36,115 nucleotides of DNA from Chrysochromulina tobinii (Eukaryota). A program made the position numbers and the translations under genes. Below the pieces are notes generated by a model that saw only the letters and a list, made by a program, of their open reading frames with translations, was not told the origin of the DNA and ran no database searches. Of the stretch, positions 31,301-36,115 are shown piece by piece. Each line of letters opens with the position of its first letter. Positions within the stretch are counted from its first letter, which is position 1. Where the stretch lies: NCBI GenBank assembly GCA_001275005.1, contig JWZX01003096.1, positions 1 to 36,115 on the forward strand, given 5' to 3'.

Positions 31301-34300
31301 ATCCTCGACGACACTCGTGACGAACCCCGCCTCCGCCGCGTGCAGCGCCGTGTGCGTGACAGCGTGGTCAAATGGGAGGCCGCACACATAGACGTGGGTG
31401 ATGCCCGCCTTCTTCAGCTCCGCGTGAAGGCCTGTGGAATGCAAGTTGTTCAGCTTGTCGTGGAACCCATAGTCGTGGAAGGCCGAGAATGAGCAGAGCT
31501 CGGCGCGCGTCCCCTGCAACACCTGAAGGTCCTTTCGTGCGTCCAAGGCAAGTTCCTCGTGAAGCTTCGCGCCCCACGTCATCTGCACGCAGTGGCGCGG
31601 GAGAAGCCGTGTCGGCATGGGCGCCTTGCCGTCGGGCGCCGTGAGTACGACAGTGTCGTACACGTCGGCACGCTCCACCTCCTCCGCCTTCTGTGACTTG
31701 TGCAGCGGCACGGGAGAGCCGCTCTTCCATGGGTCCAAAGGCCCCTTCTGGGCGCCGGTGCCGCCCTTGGGCTTGGGCTTCGGCCGAAGAGGCGCGAGCG
31801 CCTTCTGGAACTCCTTATAATCGATCTCGCCAGAGCCGTCCGAGTCAAAAGTATTGAAGAGAGCGTCCAGCTCCTTCTTGGGCGCTGCGAGGCCAAGCGC
31901 CGTCACCGCCTGGCGGAACTCCTTCTTGCTAATGCAGCCATTGCCGTCGTCGTCCCAATCCTTGAACAGGTCAAGGACCCGCACGGAGTGCTTGGCCAGG
32001 AGCTCGCGCAGCTGCTGCTGCACCGAGGCGCTCGAGTTTGGATCAAATTGTATCGTCGTTTTGAACGCAGTCCTGCCCTTCCTCTTACGGTCCTGGGGAT
32101 CCTCCTTGCGCAGCGCCTTGGGCGGTGGCGGTTTGAATGAGCGCAGCGCGCTGTTGAGCTCCTTGTACGAGATCGTACCCGACTTGTCAGCGTCGATGTC
32201 GTTGAAGACCATGTCGAGCTCGGCGTCGTTGGCAAAGAAGTCGAAGCCCATCGCCTTGACCGCGCGACGAAACTCCTTCCTGTCCACTTCGCCCGAGCCG
32301 TCCTCATCCCACTGCCTGAACAGGTCGATCACGCGCGACGACGAGCGTGCAAGGGCGTCACATAGTGAGTAGAGCACGTACTCGTTCATGTCGATCTGCC
32401 CGCTGCCATCAGCATCGAGCGCCTTGAAGCGCTCACGCAGCTCCTTCTCGGTGTGTTCCCCCTCCTCGCGTTCCCTGACCATCGCCACAAACTCGTCGAA
32501 ATCGAGCTTCTGATCGCCATCGACGTCATGCGCGTCGTACTGCATCGCATTGCGCCGCATGCCGCCTTCAAAGGCCTCCTCGCCGGTACCCGCCTCGTCA
32601 TCGCATTCGGCCGCATCCCCGCCGCCACCTTTCGCCGCGGCAGCCGCCTGGCGCTCTTCGAGCGCGCGTTTAGGGCCTCCGATCGCCTTGGTGCGTTCCG
32701 CACCAGTCGCTGAGGGTGGACGCGGCTTCAAAGTTTTCCCCGTGACGCTCTCGAAGAAGCTGCAGTGCTCTGCCGGGTGCCACTCCTTGCATATGGCAAC
32801 TACGTCAAAGCTGCTGCTCCGACGCAGCGCATTGATCACCGGTATCACCTCGTAGCCCTCCTGCCCCGCCGCGCAGTAGCGCAGCGCCATCGTGCCGTCG
32901 ATGAGGTCGTTCTGCACATTGACAATGAGCAAAGCGTGCTTGGGCCGCTTGGTCTCCACGAACTTTACTGCCCATTGCTTGGCCGGAGGGGCGACCGGCG
33001 AGGCTGGGGCCGGTTCGTCTTGCAGGCCAAGCTCCTCGAGCACAGATCCCTTGCCAGGGCTAGCCTTTACCTGCGCTTCGGTGAGCATTTGAACTGTATT
33101 GCGGACCCGCTTTGTCACTTCTTGTTGCCTCTTGACACTCGCTTCCTGTCGCCTGACGTCGCGCAGCGCCCTGCGAAGCGCAAGTGTGAGCTCGTTCAAC
33201 GAGATGTTGCCCGAGCAGTCCTCGTCGATCGACTCGAAGACGGCGTCCATCTCCTTGCGGCTCATCGCCTCGATGCCGAAGGCCGCCACAGCCTTGCGCC
33301 ACTCACGCTTGTCGATGAGCCCGTTGCCGTCCTCGTCTATGGCTTTCATCAAATCTTTCACGTAAGGCAATTGCGCAGCGAGGTACAGCTTGAAATTCTC
33401 CCCGGCTGACTTTGTCGGGTCGGTTTTGAACTTGGCCTTCGCAGCCAGCTGTGCAATCCGAGACGGGGGAGGATTCTTGCGCAGCGCCTTGGGCGGTGGC
33501 GGTTTGAATGAGCGCAGCGCGCTGTTGAGCTCCTTGTACGAGATCGTACCCGACTTGTCAGCGTCGATGTCGTTGAAGACCATGTCGAGCTCGGCGTCGT
33601 TGGCAAAGAAGTCGAAGCCCATCGCCTTGACCGCGCGACGAAACTCCTTCCTGTCCACTTCGCCCGAGCCGTCCTCGTCCCACTGCTTGAACAGGTCGAT
33701 CACGCGCGACGACGAGCGTGCAAGGGCGTCACATAGTGAGTAGAGCACGTACTCATTCATGTCGATCTGCCCGCTGCCGTCGACGTCCATCGCCTTGAAG
33801 CGCTCACGCAGCTCCTCCTCGGTATGCATACCTGCCTCGCGTTCCCTGACCATCGTCACAAACTCGTCGAAATCGAGCTTCTGATCGCCATCGACGTCAT
33901 GCGCGTCGTACTGCATCGCATTTCGTAGCATACCGTTCTCGAAGGCCTCCTCCTCGACCTCCATGGCAGGTACGTCCTCCTCAAGGTCGTCCTCCGTGCT
34001 CGGCGTGCTCGGCAGCTTCGGCTTTCGCGGCCGCACAAGCAGGTGCCTCAGCTCGAGGCGAACGTGCACCTCACCCGCGCTGCCGCCGCCGCCGCCGCCG
34101 CCGCCGCCACCGCTGCCCAAGGCTACCTCTGTATGAAGCCTACAGCTCAGGCACGGCTGCTCTTCTGGGCCGGTGTAGCGCATGCAAGCCGTGGGGCGTT
34201 TGGTCAACCAGTGCATCTCCATGTTCAGATCGAAGCCAAGAGGGCCCCACTCGAGGGCGCGTGGAAGCCGCGCCGCGGCCGCGGCCGCGCGTCGCCGCCG

Positions 34301-36115
34301 CACTGCCACGTCGTTAGCAACGCGCTGCGCGCACTCGATGTTGTAGGCTTCGAGCATGCGATATGCCTCCTCAGCCGCTCGCGCCTCGGCCTCGGCCGCC
34401 TCCTGGGCAGCTTTAGCTGCAGCTGCCGCGGCCGCCTTGGCCTCGGCTGCCGCGCGCGCTGCGGCTGCCTCGTCGACCTTCTGCTGAAGCAGTTGCGTCG
34501 TGGAGGCCACCTTCACGGCAGCTGCAACCTTGGCTTTTACAGAAGCGAGCGCTGCCGCAGAAGCCTCCGCCACCATTTGCTCGGCTTCCCGCTGCGCTGC
34601 CGCATCTTCGGCCTTGGACTTCAGTTTGCTGCCAAGCGCCTTGACCTTGGCAGCTACTCCAAGCTGCATACGTCCAGCGGCCGCCGATTCGGCAATCCGC
34701 GCCGCTTCGGCCATCTGCGCTGCCTTCTCAGCAGCCGCCTCGGCCTCAGCAGCCCGGATGAGCGACACCGCTTCTACAGCCTTCACGGCCGCCGCGACCT
34801 TGGCCTTGGAAGAAGCGAGCGCGGCTGCTGCGACGGCAGCCGCTGAAGCCGCCGCAGCGTCGGCAGCCGCCTTCTCGGCCAACGCTTGAGCCTCAGCGGC
34901 GCGCAACCCCGCCGCCTCCTCAGCCTTTGATTGGAGCCGCCCGGAAGCGGCGGGTTGGGCTACGGACACGGCCTGAGCCTCAGCGGCCCGCAACACCGCC
35001 GCCTCCTCAGCCTTTGATCTGAGTCTGCTACCGAACCCCTGGGCAATCAGGGATGCTCCGAGCTGCTGCCGGCCAGCAGCAGCCGATTTGGCGATCTGCT
35101 CCGCCTTCTCTGCAGCGGCTGTCGCTTTGCGTGCGGCCTCCTCGGCCTCACGTGCACGCGATTCGGCGGCCTCGAGCTCAGCTCGCAGTCGCTCGGCCTC
35201 CGCCGCGTCCTTTGCTGCCTCCAAAGCCTTTTTAGCCTCGTTGACTTCGCGGCGAGACATCTTGCCACGCTGAATCGCCTGCACCTTGGTCACCGCGGCG
35301 GCCTCGGCAGCTGCTTGGGCCTCAGCTACGGCCACCGCATGAGCCTCAGCGACCCGCAACACCGCAGACTCCTCAGCCTTTGATCTGAGTCTGCTACCGA
35401 ACCCCTTGGCCATCAAGGATGTTCCGAGCTGCAGCCGCCCTGCAGCGGCCGATATGGCGATCTGCGCTGCAAGCTCGACAGCGGCCGCCGCCTCGCGAGC
35501 CCGATGCGCGGCCGCCTCCTCGGCCTTTGCCTTGAGCTTGCTGCCCATCTCCTTGACCTTGAAGTGTGCTCCGAGCTGCTGCCGGCCGGCAGCAGCCGAT
35601 TTGGCGATCTGCTCCGCCTTCTCTGCAGCGGCTGTCGCTTTGCGTGCGGCCTCCTCGGCCTCACGTGCACGCGATTCGGCGGCCTCGAGCTCAGCTCGCA
35701 GTCGCTCGGCCTCCGCCGCGTCCTTTGCTGCCTCCAAAGCCTTTTTAGCCTCGTTGACTTCGCGGCGAGACATCTTGCCACGCTGAATCGCCTGCACCTT
35801 GGTCACCGCGGCGGCCTCGGCAGCTGCTTGGGCCTCAGCCTCCCTGGCCGACGCCTCGGCCTCCATAGCCTCCGCCTCGGCCGCCTCGACCGCCGCCTTG
35901 GCTGCCGCCTCGGCCGCCTTCTTGGCCGCCTCGGCCGCTGCCTCGGCCGCCGCCCTGGCCGCCTCGGTCGCTGCCTCGGTCTCTGCCTTGGCCGCCGCCT
36001 CGGCCGCCTCGGCCGCAGCCTTAGCTGCGCGAGCCCGATGCGCGGCCGCCTCCTCGGCCTTTGCCTTGAGCTTGCTGCCCATCTCCTTGACCTTGAAGTG
36101 TGCTCCGAGCTGCTG
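28367..36115 (-). CDS. Giant protein (>2580 aa, 5' end outside the window): Ala/Glu-rich helical repeats with IQ motifs, 12 EF-hands, a split nicotinamidase/isochorismatase-fold domain, IQ-like repeats and a Tudor/Agenet-like domain
   Basis: Uninterrupted ORF that stays open to the window edge (QQLGAHFKVKE precedes the M at 36082). Canonical Dx[DN]xxGxxxxxE loops. Pnc1-like motifs ALLIVNVQND, EWHPAEHCSF, PRHCVQ.TWGAKLH, SFSAF, L.KAGITHVYVCGL, TALHAAEAGF and VVEDACR. Confidence 0.93.
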   Translation of the reverse strand, partial: QQLGAHFKVKEMGSKLKAKAEEAAAHRARAAKAAAEAAEAAAKAETEAATEAARAAAEAAAEAAKKAAEAAAKAAVEAAEAEAMEAEASAREAEAQAAAEAAAVTKVQAIQRGKMSRREVNEAKKALEAAKDAAEAERLRAELEAAESRAREAEEAARKATAAAEKAEQIAKSAAAGRQQLGAHFKVKEMGSKLKAKAEEAAAHRAREAAAAVELAAQIAISAAAGRLQLGTSLMAKGFGSRLRSKAEESAVLRVAEAHAVAVAEAQAAAEAAAVTKVQAIQRGKMSRREVNEAKKALEAAKDAAEAERLRAELEAAESRAREAEEAARKATAAAEKAEQIAKSAAAGRQQLGASLIAQGFGSRLRSKAEEAAVLRAAEAQAVSVAQPAASGRLQSKAEEAAGLRAAEAQALAEKAAADAAAASAAAVAAAALASSKAKVAAAVKAVEAVSLIRAAEAEAAAEKAAQMAEAARIAESAAAGRMQLGVAAKVKALGSKLKSKAEDAAAQREAEQMVAEASAAALASVKAKVAAAVKVASTTQLLQQKVDEAAAARAAAEAKAAAAAAAKAAQEAAEAEARAAEEAYRMLEAYNIECAQRVANDVAVRRRRAAAAAARLPRALEWGPLGFDLNMEMHWLTKRPTACMRYTGPEEQPCLSCRLHTEVALGSGGGGGGGGGGSAGEVHVRLELRHLLVRPRKPKLPSTPSTEDDLEEDVPAMEVEEEAFENGMLRNAMQYDAHDVDGDQKLDFDEFVTMVREREAGMHTEEELRERFKAMDVDGSGQIDMNEYVLYSLCDALARSSSRVIDLFKQWDEDGSGEVDRKEFRRAVKAMGFDFFANDAELDMVFNDIDADKSGTISYKELNSALRSFKPPPPKALRKNPPPSRIAQLAAKAKFKTDPTKSAGENFKLYLAAQLPYVKDLMKAIDEDGNGLIDKREWRKAVAAFGIEAMSRKEMDAVFESIDEDCSGNISLNELTLALRRALRDVRRQEASVKRQQEVTKRVRNTVQMLTEAQVKASPGKGSVLEELGLQDEPAPASPVAPPAKQWAVKFVETKRPKHALLIVNVQNDLIDGTMALRYCAAGQEGYEVIPVINALRRSSSFDVVAICKEWHPAEHCSFFESVTGKTLKPRPPSATGAERTKAIGGPKRALEERQAAAAAKGGGGDAAECDDEAGTGEEAFEGGMRRNAMQYDAHDVDGDQKLDFDEFVAMVREREEGEHTEKELRERFKALDADGSGQIDMNEYVLYSLCDALARSSSRVIDLFRQWDEDGSGEVDRKEFRRAVKAMGFDFFANDAELDMVFNDIDADKSGTISYKELNSALRSFKPPPPKALRKEDPQDRKRKGRTAFKTTIQFDPNSSASVQQQLRELLAKHSVRVLDLFKDWDDDGNGCISKKEFRQAVTALGLAAPKKELDALFNTFDSDGSGEIDYKEFQKALAPLRPKPKPKGGTGAQKGPLDPWKSGSPVPLHKSQKAEEVERADVYDTVVLTAPDGKAPMPTRLLPRHCVQMTWGAKLHEELALDARKDLQVLQGTRAELCSFSAFHDYGFHDKLNNLHSTGLHAELKKAGITHVYVCGLPFDHAVTHTALHAAEAGFVTSVVEDACRAADLDGVAKSRARLEAASIQLIRSYNMKAHMENAVLSSVPDAERVAPKAKQILLVELRDAPPHGAPAGVARAANVLRLDSDRHNSLVAKPPPGPPPRGLPREPMSEDAAQTTIAAAHRGSVARKKAPGLVMKHPIKRRNKHWQKAHAVVAVAVAAVVARVGLAAAETAQTKIAAAHRGRIARNKAPGVVMKHPPKRRKKPPVPAAVAQWKEDTPPVAAASPPANGSQLKRRNKNLGKAKTVVRVIVATTVARVGLAAVDAAQTKIAAAHRGRIARKKAPGVVMKHPPKRRKKPPADGQVERGAKASGDNDVSPSPPPPTPPPLAASSEVQVAVASSDALSPAAEPFVDPSIMDLRLKVRETEKAVARTVAWAAEKNAAERMAESAAASTKAKVKAFGSKLLSKTEAAKVVAGSPGNIEVAEPSPESTLTAIAAGAVEVPFQLSIRVSTRDGRYPVVLNLMPVLASPGADALSTKGSRRLRVIGGVSSVILPGRGGPRGTPRLQPVEASPHSAPASAAAPAGAPASTRTVHSPAEELYIGKRVSVLNLLYSKSRIAGRFYDGTIIKVQGDGSVTVEFDDGQITSHDMGSGGEIWRDAPAAVSAAARAVAPAAAPAAAPAAAPARESGEFKQEYRGSTSIFNDPARANLPPHMRFTSMSIDWDAYAAQRRKTARGGVAWAGAPADELPTQVRMPSRQAVLLERRLHEQQQQRLLESVQRLEHHAEEVAAEANRVVLPILAAPVSARGGDGRSQRVTFDEGSGGVGVGGGAALLLRHARDAAALDDSLRVLHDAVEVHRRKADVLTAAATLNPMRARRDVELALQVAEERSRYGARSARELPALGPLGGAGGFENLRLVDGGLRKLRRLKEADPQTLEDRMTEAFDTLLPRPPHRPRKKSRSTTAAAPAANEAPVKGSFPSAYGTLGSARTFGGPGRGIMPPLAQVSGAAVAQPPEGLQPMPRFMGAHGTRSGVGTW
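30414..30970 (-). repeat. Three IQ-like coding repeats (AQTKIAAAHRGRIARKKAPGVVMKHPPKRRKK)
   Basis: Copies at ~30414-30544, ~30693-30823 (offset 279) and ~30875-30970. Confidence 0.9.
32105..33922 (-). repeat. Near-identical ~447-bp coding duplication of a four-EF-hand module: 32105-32551 and 33476-33922
   Basis: Direct comparison gives an offset of 1371 bp with few substitutions. Confidence 0.95.
35055..35836 (-). repeat. Near-identical ~270-bp coding duplication containing an IQ motif (VQAIQRGKMSRRE): ~35055-35323 and ~35568-35836
   Basis: Offset 513 bp. In addition, ~35494-35581 recurs at ~36028-36115. Confidence 0.93.

Noticed and set aside
30437..35786. Long + strand ORFs opposite the giant gene
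   Set aside because: They are antisense shadows caused by stop-codon scarcity at high GC.

Overview
GC-rich eukaryotic nuclear DNA with spliceosomal GT-AG introns and a compact gene layout. The repeat-filled intron style and gene content suggest a haptophyte such as Chrysochromulina or another prymnesiophyte, but this is inference. About 11 genes are present, in order: an orphan (-), a BT1 folate/biopterin transporter (+), a TIGR02466-type 2OG-Fe(II) oxygenase (-), a long coiled-coil protein (-), a nodulin-like/NFD4 MFS transporter (-), a multi-exon multi-pass membrane protein with C2 and IQ domains (-), a SPRY-like protein (+), a GT31/fringe-like glycosyltransferase (-), an N-acylated 4x99-aa EF-hand repeat protein (+), a degenerate fucosyltransferase-like protein (-), and a 5'-truncated giant protein of more than 2570 aa (-). 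The giant protein is the most striking element. It carries 12 EF-hands, IQ motifs and a nicotinamidase (Pnc1/PncA) domain that is split by a six-EF-hand insertion, and all three catalytic triad residues are replaced (D>N, K>Q, C>A), which makes it a candidate Ca2+-coupled pseudo-enzyme or sensor. The GT31 intron is built from tandem copies of its own splice junctions. Three genes show single-base frame breaks at homopolymers, most simply assembly errors. No rRNA, tRNA, CRISPR array or transposase was recognised.
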